64,000 nucleotides of DNA from assembly GCA_963829485.1 (NCBI GenBank), contig CAWHIK010000007.1:135753-199752 (forward strand), written 5' to 3'. The notes under the pieces were generated by a model. The model did not search any database and had not been told where the DNA came from. It saw only the letters and a program-made list of their open reading frames with translations. Below, piece by piece: positions 1-8,044 of the stretch. Made by a program: the position numbers and the translations under genes. Each line of letters starts with the position of its first letter. Position 1 is the stretch's first letter. The DNA comes from an uncultured Chloroflexia bacterium (GTDB lineage: Bacteria > Chloroflexota > Anaerolineae > Anaerolineales > Villigracilaceae).

Positions 1-156
1 GCAGCCACCCCCACCTTTGGCGGCCTGCAGCGCAAAGGCGAGACCGCCGAGTTCAACCCGGACTACACGGACGTCCGGCGCGACCTCAAGCGCATCGGCA
101 TCCTGGCGGGCTCCATCATCACGGTGTTGGTCATACTGTCCTTCATTATCAAATAA
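1..156 (+). CDS. 3' end of a gene entering from upstream; hypothetical protein with a hydrophobic C-terminal tail anchor
   Basis: Frame 1 is open from the window edge to TAA 154-156 (...DLKRIGILAGSIITVLVILSFIIK*). No family recognised. Confidence 0.45.
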   Translation, partial: AATPTFGGLQRKGETAEFNPDYTDVRRDLKRIGILAGSIITVLVILSFIIK

Positions 157-335
157 TTCCTTGATCGATCAGTGAAGCGGGATTCGCTTTGCGTGGTGTG
201 TGTTGCGGAGCAGGCCAGACGCGGACCACACCACGTAATGCTTTAACAGCGAGGTTCCATGCCTGCCGAGGTCGCACCATTCGACCTGTACCCTAAAACC
301 CCTCACAGCGACAGTATTAGCTTATTCGAGAAGCC

Positions 336-974
336 ATGACAAAATCCGCCACTTACTTTTCCATTGTTGAAGCCTGTGAAAAAGACGGCTGTCCGCTCTG
401 CCGGGTGGAGCAGGACGCCGCGCTCAAGTTCCTCGAGACCCTTTTTTATGAGCAGATCAATGAATTCGAGATGCGCGAGAGGTTGCGTAAAAGCCTGGGG
501 TTGTGCCATGAGCATGCCTGGCTCTCCGCTGCCGGGATGACCGGCAATGCGCTTGGATTGGCAATTCTCTATGACGACATGCTGCGCTTGAGACTTGAAC
601 AATTAAATGAAAAGAAGGGTAAACTGCGCCTCGCGCCTGCAGGGAAGTGTCCTGCCTGTGAGCAGAGGGACAGCGTGGGACATCGCGCGCTCACCGTATT
701 GGCACGTCATCTCACCGAGGAGGAGATGCGCGAGGCGATGTTACGCTCGGATGGGTTGTGCTTCCACCACCTGCCGCTGGCGCTTGAGCAACTCAAGGAC
801 TCTTCTGTGCAAAAGGAGCTATTGTCCATTCATCGGGAAAAGATGGAGAAGCTGCGCGCTGAACTGGGCGAGTTCATTCGTAAGAACGATTATCGCTTCA
901 TAAATGAAGGCTTTGGCGCGGAACGCGATGCCTGGCGACGCGCGGTCGCCATGGGAGCGGGGAAGAAGAGATAA
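336..974 (+). CDS. Cys/His-rich hypothetical protein with two CxxC...LCxxH modules (DUF6062-like, putative zinc-binding)
   Basis: 212-aa ORF. CPLC...LCHEH and CPAC...LCFHH occur with near-identical spacing. The family name is from memory, not searched. Confidence 0.75.
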   Translation: MTKSATYFSIVEACEKDGCPLCRVEQDAALKFLETLFYEQINEFEMRERLRKSLGLCHEHAWLSAAGMTGNALGLAILYDDMLRLRLEQLNEKKGKLRLAPAGKCPACEQRDSVGHRALTVLARHLTEEEMREAMLRSDGLCFHHLPLALEQLKDSSVQKELLSIHREKMEKLRAELGEFIRKNDYRFINEGFGAERDAWRRAVAMGAGKKR

Positions 975-979
975 AAGAG

Positions 980-1007
980 CTGGGCGAGGGTCATGACCCT
1001 CGCCCAG
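980..1007. terminator. GC-rich palindrome between convergent genes; candidate bidirectional intrinsic terminator
   Basis: CTGGGCGAGGGTC-AT-GACCCTCGCCCAG, a 13-bp stem 6 nt after the stop at 974. Confidence 0.55.
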
Positions 1008-1036
1008 CCAGTCACTCGACGATTAAGATTCCTTTT

Positions 1037-2923
1037 CTAACTCTCCGCCAGCACGATCACCTTATCTTCCTCCGCAAACGTGACCAACTCCGACTTCTTC
1101 GGGTTGGTGTGGATGCCATAGCTCCGGCCGGCATCGTCCGATTCGCGCAGCAGCCGGTAGCCAATGGCCGTTTCGTTGTGCCGGTGTGCCGCCTCGACCA
1201 CGGTGTAGAAATTGACCGGCACACCTGCCTGCACGTAATCGCTCATCGGCTTGAGGTATATCTCGCAGCCCTCCGGGTCGAAAAGGTCGGTGAAGACCGC
1301 CTCCAGCCGGGGATTCTCAGAGAGCTGGGTCATGAGCAAACTGACCAGGTGATCGCTGACGATGAAATCGTCCACCTTGGCGGATTCGATCAGCTCGCGG
1401 TTGCGCAAGTCGAGCATCTCGCTGACGATGGAGAACGGCGTTTCGTCTCGCAGGGAAATATCGCGCAGGTGCAGCAGGGTGATCATGGTACGCGCATCAG
1501 CCACCTGGACATCGAAACGGTTGTCCGCCAGCACGATGACATGATCGAAGCTTTCCACGTTCAGCTTGTCCAGCAGGCGGCGGTCGGTGGTGTCGCCTTT
1601 GCGGACGTCGAGCCGCTGGTTGACGATGCCGGCGCACTGCGTGCGGATCTCCTCCGGGTCTTCGCCCGACACCACCAACACCTCGGAGCCGGGGATGACG
1701 TAATGGTCCAGCTCATTGACGATGACCGGACCGGCGGTATTCCAACTGAGGATGAGGGCGCGCTCGGGTTTGGGCGGCGTAGCTTCATGAATCCCGTTGA
1801 TAACGGACTCATCCACCGGGATTTGACCCAGCCCGGAGAGTTTAATCCTATCGTCGTCAGCCGCGATGGCGATGACCTTGTCTCCGGGTGAGAAGTGTGT
1901 GTCCATGGCGGGATTCAGGCTGACGGCTCCGGCGGCGTCCTGCATCCCGATGACGGTGGAATCTTCAAAAGCAGTCAAAGCCTCGCCGTAGGTCTTCCCC
2001 TCCAGCCCGGACACGTCGCTAAAATAAATTTCATCGCCGCCGAAATCCAGCAGCTCGGTGTAGACGCCTGACAGCCCGGACTGGCGCGAGGTCTGCGCCG
2101 TGACGCGCGCGATCAGGTCGCCGGTGACGAGCGGAGTGATGTGATCTTTTGTGCTGATCAGCTTCAGCACGTCGAGGGTGCGCGGGTTGCGGACCTGGGT
2201 GACGATGTGATGCGGCTCGGTGCGCTGGTCATGGAAGTGGGTCAGCGCAAGGATGGACTTAACCACCGAGGCGTCGGGCATGTCGCCCTGGGGCAGGATG
2301 ATGATGGCGCGCGCCGTCTGCGGGCGGACGATGGCCAGATCAGCCGGGTCGATGGGCGAACCGGAGCGGCAGACCACGCGCGTATTCTTCGTGTCGGGCA
2401 CGCGGACGCTGATCTCCTCCTCCATCTCTACTTTATCGCGGTCAGCCAGAATGGCGATAGCGGGGCGTTTCTGATTCTCGTTGGCGATGACCAGCTCCGC
2501 GATGATGGTGAAAACCTGCGGCGACCAGCCGAGAATGATGGTATGCCCCTGTTCAAGCACGATCGAGCGTCCCTTGCGCAATTCCGCCAGCTTGTCTTCC
2601 ACGCCAGCGCTGAGCACGCCGATCAGCGCGCTGACGACGAACACGCCGCCCAGCGTAACCACCAGCATCGAGAGCAGGTAGGTCCAGGGGCCCGTGTCGC
2701 CGCCCATCGTCCCGGCGTCGAGGGTGCGCATCAGGCTGATCCAGGCCACCTCAAGGAAGCCCCTTTCCGGCGCGGCGCCGATCAGTTTCACGAACAGGGA
2801 TACTGCAAGGATGATGGCCAGCGAAAATACCGCCAGGAGGGCAATTTGAGCGGCAAGCCCGCGCGACATCATGTTGTCGAACCAGTACCGGAATTTCTGC
2901 TTGAAGGACGATTTGTGTGCCAT
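1037..2923 (-). CDS. CASTOR/POLLUX-related putative ion channel with tandem RCK/TrkA-like domains
   Basis: 628 aa. N-terminal TM helices and a pore-like MRTLDAGTMGGDTGPW segment, followed by two Rossmann-like RCK regions. GGAGG RBS 5 nt upstream of the ATG. Confidence 0.75.
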   Translation of the reverse strand: MAHKSSFKQKFRYWFDNMMSRGLAAQIALLAVFSLAIILAVSLFVKLIGAAPERGFLEVAWISLMRTLDAGTMGGDTGPWTYLLSMLVVTLGGVFVVSALIGVLSAGVEDKLAELRKGRSIVLEQGHTIILGWSPQVFTIIAELVIANENQKRPAIAILADRDKVEMEEEISVRVPDTKNTRVVCRSGSPIDPADLAIVRPQTARAIIILPQGDMPDASVVKSILALTHFHDQRTEPHHIVTQVRNPRTLDVLKLISTKDHITPLVTGDLIARVTAQTSRQSGLSGVYTELLDFGGDEIYFSDVSGLEGKTYGEALTAFEDSTVIGMQDAAGAVSLNPAMDTHFSPGDKVIAIAADDDRIKLSGLGQIPVDESVINGIHEATPPKPERALILSWNTAGPVIVNELDHYVIPGSEVLVVSGEDPEEIRTQCAGIVNQRLDVRKGDTTDRRLLDKLNVESFDHVIVLADNRFDVQVADARTMITLLHLRDISLRDETPFSIVSEMLDLRNRELIESAKVDDFIVSDHLVSLLMTQLSENPRLEAVFTDLFDPEGCEIYLKPMSDYVQAGVPVNFYTVVEAAHRHNETAIGYRLLRESDDAGRSYGIHTNPKKSELVTFAEEDKVIVLAES

Positions 2924-3015
2924 GGAACCTCCAGCTACGGATAAAGGATGATGAATTATAGAACTTTTTCCACCAGATACTAGAGAATAGTGATGGGAGA
3001 TTTGTACCAGATGAT

Positions 3016-3044
3016 TTGACCCGCGGCTCGATTCTGCCTATACT
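3016..3044 (+). promoter_or_regulatory. sigma70-type promoter TTGACC-17 nt-TATACT for the downstream hydrolase gene
   Basis: Hexamers at 3016-3021 and 3039-3044 with a 17-nt spacer. GGAGGA RBS and ATG 3078 lie downstream. Confidence 0.5.
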
Positions 3045-3077
3045 GGATTCATCCACGCATCAAATTTGGAGGACATC

Positions 3078-3779
3078 ATGAGCAACATTCTCACCTGGTA
3101 CGGACATGCCACCCTTGGGCTTGAAACCGGCGGATTCAAATTGTTGATCGACCCCTTTTTCAGCGGCAACCCGGCTGCAACCGTCAAGCCGGAGGAGGTC
3201 AGCGCGGATTACATCCTTGTCACGCACGGGCACGGGGACCACGTCGGCGACACGGTGGCGATCGCCAAGCGCACCGGCGCGACCGCCATCAGCAATGCCG
3301 AGATCTCCGGCTGGCTCGGCAAGCAAGGCGTCAAGGAAACTCACGCCCAGCACATCGGCGGCGGGTTCAAGTATCCGTTTGGCTATCTCAAGCTGACCAT
3401 GGCACTGCACGGTTCCGCCCTGCCCGACGGCTCGAACGGCGGCAACCCGGCCGGCTTCCTGCTCACGACTAACGACGGTAAGAAGATCTACATCGCCGGT
3501 GATACGGGTCTGTTCGGGGATATGAAATTAATCGGCGAAGAGGGGTTGGATGTGGCGGTCATTCCCATCGGCGATAACTACACCATGGGGCCCGACGGAC
3601 GCTCTGCGCGCTGTGAAGATGCTCGCGCCGAAAACGGTTATCCCCATCCACTTCAGCACCTGGGATGTCATCCAGCAGGATGCCGCCGATTGGGTGGCGC
3701 GGGTGGGGAAGGAGACCAGCGCGAAGGCAGTTTTGTTGAAGCCGGGGGAGAGTTTACGCTTAGGAGTTTTACGTTTTAG
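3078..3779 (+). pseudogene. UPF0173-family metallo-beta-lactamase-fold hydrolase; reading frame broken near 3587-3600 as assembled
   Basis: The N-terminal part (HGHGDH motif) is in the frame of ORF 3066..3779. The conserved C-terminal part (DALRAVKMLAPKTVIPIHFSTWDVI...LKPGESL) continues in ORF 3550..3927. The break lies at a GGGGCCC run. The true 3' end is uncertain. Confidence 0.7.
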
Positions 3780-3786
3780 AAATCAA

Positions 3787-3817
3787 CGTCCCGAAGGTTT
3801 GACGAACCTTCGGGACG
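3787..3817. terminator. 13-bp-stem hairpin CGTCCCGAAGGTT/AACCTTCGGGACG
   Basis: Perfect stem with a 5-nt loop just after the hydrolase gene. The same arms recur at 25720-25756. Confidence 0.5.
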
Positions 3818-3899
3818 ATTTATATACGGGGAGGGCAAAAAAGGTTTCTCGCTGGGCGAGTTTGGTGACCCTCAGCAATCAAAGAGAGATTGTTAGATT

Positions 3900-4100
3900 T
3901 TATGCCACTTCGATTTCAAATCCCTGAAAGCGAAAAGCTCCACGAATATTTTCGATTATGGCTTTTCTCTTAGTTCCATCAATTTCTTCACCATCGTTAG
4001 GCGAATCCCAAGTGCGAAATCGAATCTGCCCACAGAACCAATCCAGATGGTGAAGTACTAACCAATATCTCTGGAGTCTAATATGGATTTTTTCGAACCC
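3900..4100 (-). pseudogene. Startless 66-codon ORF remnant in an AT-rich spacer (decayed gene fragment?)
   Basis: Open frame bounded by TGA (4101-4103) and TAA (3900-3902) with no start codon (...RFRTWDSPNDGEEIDGTKRKAIIENIRGAFRFQGFEIEVA*). Neighbouring frames hold further short fragments. Confidence 0.2.
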
Positions 4101-4264
4101 TCAGTATATTTAATCCCGTGCGCCCAAGAACTTCCACAGAAAAACCCATCTCTCATCGCTTTCAATCACATTTACTCTGGGACGCCTTGTACATATAACA
4201 CCTTAACTGTCAGGATATAAAGCAGGGGACAATTACATTCTCGCTCGCTGAGTAGGGATCTCTC

Positions 4265-7200
4265 TTACGGTGTCGTCACGACCGGTGTGTCGGTGGGAGT
4301 CGGTGTGGGGGTATCCGTCGGCGTAAACGTCGGCGTGGGTGTGGACGTGGGCGGGAACGTGGGGGTCACGCTCGGCGTGAGCGTGATGGTGGGGGTGAAC
4401 GTCGGCACGGGGGTCGGCGGCTGATACAGGAAGCGAATCTTCTTCTCAGCATACTTGTCGCCGTCGCGCGACTTCATGCGCAGCTTCAACGTGACTACCC
4501 CCGGGGGGATGTTCGTCATGTCCATCGAATAGATCTTCGCAGGCTGCGGCACCGGCGATGAATTGTCATTCACCAGCGTTTCCCAATTTCCGGGGTTTTC
4601 CCCGATCCCGTAATCGAGGTCGTAAACCTGGAAGCCGTTTGTCGCGTCCACCAGGGCATAGATATCCAGCGGATTAGTAGTGACCGTCTGCCCCTCGGCG
4701 GGAAACAGGATGTCGAGCTTGGGGCGCGGCATGTCCGGGCTGCAAGGCTTCTCCATGTTAAAGGAGAAGGGACGCGACCAGCCGTGATTCTCCGCCCAGT
4801 TCTCGCCGTCTTCGCGCGTGGTGAGCCACTTGATCGCCCATTCATCGTCGGTATTGATCACCAGCTTGTTATCGCGGAAGTCCCTGCCGCAGGCATCCGA
4901 AGCCGGGAAGCCGGTCCAGGTGTCCAGGTCCAACTTACGCCACAGGTCCTGCCCTGCGCTGAGCCGGAGGCTGGTCGCTGGCGAAGACCTCGGCATACTG
5001 CGAGGGGCACTCATCCGAGGGGTCCGTGCCTGAGATCTGGCACACCACCCGGTCCATGATTCCACCCGGCCGGATGAACTGGGAGACAGCGCCTCCCGTC
5101 AAACGCGGGACGGCATACTGCATGAACTGCGACCAGACAGGCGCCGCGCCGCTCAGGCCCGAAGTGTTGATCATCGGCGAGTAGTCCGCGTTGCCAAACC
5201 ATACACCTGTCACCAGGTCGGGAGTGTAACCGAGCGTCCAGTTGTCGCGGAAGTCGTTGGATGTACCCGTCTTGGCAGCGGCCGGGAAAGGCAGGTTGAG
5301 CACGGAGTTGGATCCGAACATGGGCACACGCGCCTGGTTGTCCGAGAGGATGGACGAGATCAGGAAGGCGTGCTCCGGCCGGATGACCTGCTCGCCCTCT
5401 TTGGGTTCGTATTTATAGACCTGGTTGCCTTCGAAGTCCTTGATCTCCAGGATCGACACGGGCGGGACGCGTTTGCCGCTGTTGGCAAAAACAGAGAAGG
5501 CGCTGGTCATGTCGAGCAGGCTGACCTCGCCGCCGCCGAGGGTCAGCGACAGGCCGTAGTCGTCGCGGGTCAGCGTGGTGATGCCCAACCGCTCCGCCAT
5601 GGCGATCATCCCCTCCTTTTGAGGAGTATCCGGGTCGTCGTAGATGCCGACGAAATCCAGCGTACGAACCGCGGGGATGTTGTACGAGTTGGCCAGCGCC
5701 GTGCGGACGGTCACTGCCCCGTGATATTTGCCGTCATAGTTGACCGGCTTGTAGGGCTCGCGCGGGTCGTTCGGGTCGCCGGAGGGAGGCAGCTCGATGG
5801 GAACGTCCCAGATCATGGTGGACGGCGTCCAGCCTTTTTCGAAAGCCGCGGCATAGGTGATCGGCTTGATGGATGAACCCGGCTGGCGTGTGGCGCTGGT
5901 CGACATGTTGATCTGCCCGGCGTTGACATCGTCGTAGAAATTCGGCGACCCGACCATCGCCAGTATCTCGCCGGTGGAAGGCCGGATGGACACCAGCGCG
6001 CCGTTCTTCACGTTCTGCGCGGCAAGGTTGGCCGCCTGCTGGGTGACCAGCGTCTGGGCGGTTTCCTGTAATTCCGAATCAAGCGTGGTGATCACCGAAT
6101 AGCCGGAGCGGTAGATGGCCTGAGCGCCGAACTGCTTCTCAAGCTGTTCGCGCACGTACTGCACCCAGTGCGGATACGTGGCGGTGATATTGGGCAGCGG
6201 GAAGGTGTAGGCTTCGATCTCCTGTGAGGCAGTCACTGCATCGGGCGCCGTGACGCAGATCCGCTCGGGGCTGTTGCTGACGTAGATACAGCCGTCCTCC
6301 TCGCTGTTCTGGAACATCAGCACCAGCACCTGACGCATGCGGTTGAGCGTGTCCTCGCGGTTGGTGTGGATATCGTAGATGGCGGGGGACTGCGGCAGCC
6401 CGGCCAGGAAGACCGCCTGCGAAAAGGTCAGCTGTTCGGCGGTAGTGTTGAAATATGTCTCGGCGGCTGCTTCGATTCCGTAGGCGAGATTGCCGTAATA
6501 AGCCTCGTTGAGATACAGCTCGAGGATCTCGTCCTTGCTGTAGCGGCGGGTGAGCTCTGCGGCCAGCATCGCTTCACGGACCTTGCGCATGTAACTTTGT
6601 TCGTTGCGTTCTTCGGGAGAAAACAGGAGCATGCGCGCCAGCTGCTGCGTGATGGTGGATGCGCCCGAGACGATACCGCCCTCGCTGGTATTCTGAATGA
6701 AAGCTCGAATGATGGCAGTCGGGTCGAAGCCGGGATGGGAATAGAAATTCTGGTCTTCGGTGGCGACGGTCGCCGCGACAAGATAGGGCGAGATTTTATC
6801 GATCGGGACATAGGTGCGCCGTCCCGCGTTGGGGTCGTTGAGTTCGTACAGCATCCTGCCGTTGCGGTCGAAGATGCGGGTCGTCTCGAACTGCGAGGTG
6901 TGTTCCTTTAAATCCTCCACACCCGGGAGGGTCGAGGCGATCGAATAATACGTGTAAATGGCATAAGCCGCTCCGAGCAGCAGCACCGCGACCAGCACGA
7001 ACATCGCGATGATCAATCCACGCAGGAAACAGCCCAGCGCCTTGCGTCGTTTGTGCTTGGGCTGTGTTTTCGAGGGCTGGCTGGTGACGTGATAGGCCGC
7101 CGGGGTGACGCTGGTGGCGTTGACGTCCACCTCGTCCACGCGCTGCGGCAGGGGTGAACCATTCTTGTCGAGAGCCGGCGGGACGCGGCGGCGCGACGGC

Positions 7201-7322
7201 GCTCCGCCCGGGGCGATGGTCTGCGAGTTCTGCGGAACCTGCGCCCGGGTCAGGTTGGAATCAGACGATCCCGGTTCGCGGGATTCATCGTCGATGGGAT
7301 TTTTCTGAGTTGGAGTGGTCAT
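4265..7322 (-). pseudogene. PBP1A-family bifunctional penicillin-binding protein (GT51 glycosyltransferase + transpeptidase) with a long C-terminal extension; frame broken near 4950-4980 as assembled
   Basis: Motifs EDQNFYSHPG, GASTITQQ, SSIKP, SYN and KTGT in ORF 4935..7373 (ATG 7322 preferred). The polypeptide continues sensibly in ORF 4265..5065 (...SAGQDLWRKLDLDTW...), ending in a Pro/Thr-rich tail. Confidence 0.8.
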
Positions 7323-7339
7323 TATTATAAGAGCGGTTC

Positions 7340-7810
7340 TTATTCCTTCTTTGATGCGACGAGCACCGTCCACAGCCCCTTCATGACGACCTCGCCCTTC
7401 TGGTTCTTGACGTCCACCGCCAGCTGCACCGATCCGCCTCCCAGGCGGGGAAGGGATTTCTTCTCGGCCACTTCAAGCTCGGCGTGAATCGTGTCCCCGA
7501 TCTTCACCGGCAGCGAAAACTTCCACTCGCTGACCTCGCGGAAAGCCATCACCGTGCCGTCCATCATGCCGGTGCGCGTGGCGAGGCCCGAGGCGATGGA
7601 CAGTCCCAGCAAGCCGTGCGCCACGCGCGTCCCAAAAGGCGTCGTCTTGCTGTATTCTTCATCAGTGTGGATGGTGTTGAAGTCGCCGGACAGCCCGGCG
7701 AAGGTGAGGATATCCAACTCGGTGATGGTGCGTCCGTCGGTGATGATCTTGACGCCGGGTTCGAACTCTTCAAAATACATACCGCGCGGGCGGCGGGGAG
7801 CAGGGGGCAT
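7340..7810 (-). CDS. MaoC-family (R)-specific enoyl-CoA hydratase/dehydratase
   Basis: 156 aa with a hot-dog fold signature (FAGLSGDFNTIHTDEEY, AHG). AAGGAG RBS 7 nt upstream. Confidence 0.8.
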   Translation of the reverse strand: MPPAPRRPRGMYFEEFEPGVKIITDGRTITELDILTFAGLSGDFNTIHTDEEYSKTTPFGTRVAHGLLGLSIASGLATRTGMMDGTVMAFREVSEWKFSLPVKIGDTIHAELEVAEKKSLPRLGGGSVQLAVDVKNQKGEVVMKGLWTVLVASKKE

Positions 7811-7936
7811 GATGAAACTCCTTCAGCGTAGGGTTAAAACGTATTCTAGCACAAAAGGTTCCGCCTACTTTTTCACTCATCCGTGATTTAGGGGTGCGCC
7901 ACATCGAAGATATCCAATTTCTTCTGTGTAGGTATG

Positions 7937-7985
7937 GTCAAAAACAGATATGTAGACGCGATGCGACTACATATCTGTTTTTGAC
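7937..7985. repeat. Perfect 19-bp inverted repeat (49-nt hairpin) in a divergent promoter region
   Basis: GTCAAAAACAGATATGTAG - ACGCGATGCGA - CTACATATCTGTTTTTGAC. The stem is AT-rich in otherwise GC-rich surroundings. Confidence 0.6.
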
Positions 7986-8002
7986 TACTTTATCCCCTCC
8001 TT

Positions 8003-8034
8003 CCTAGGGGAGCCCCCGGGGATGCTCCTCTAGG
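8003..8034 (+). promoter_or_regulatory. 11-bp-stem hairpin directly 5' of the RBS of the glycosidase-like gene
   Basis: CCTAGGGGAGC-N10-GCTCCTCTAGG (one G-U pair as RNA), ending 3 nt before GGAGGG and ATG 8045. Confidence 0.3.
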
Positions 8035-8044
8035 GCTGGAGGGT

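Noticed and set aside
4270-4420. Repetitive ACC/CCG/GTG-rich DNA that could be mistaken for a tandem repeat or CRISPR-like array
   Set aside because: It is in frame with the PBP1A extension and encodes a Pro/Thr low-complexity tail. There is no repeat-spacer periodicity.
7757-7766. GGTTCGAA T-loop-like strings (also at 43801-43810 and 23231-23240) checked as possible tRNA genes
   Set aside because: All lie inside well-supported CDSs, and no acceptor or anticodon stems can be drawn around them. No tRNA, rRNA or tmRNA was recognised anywhere in the window.
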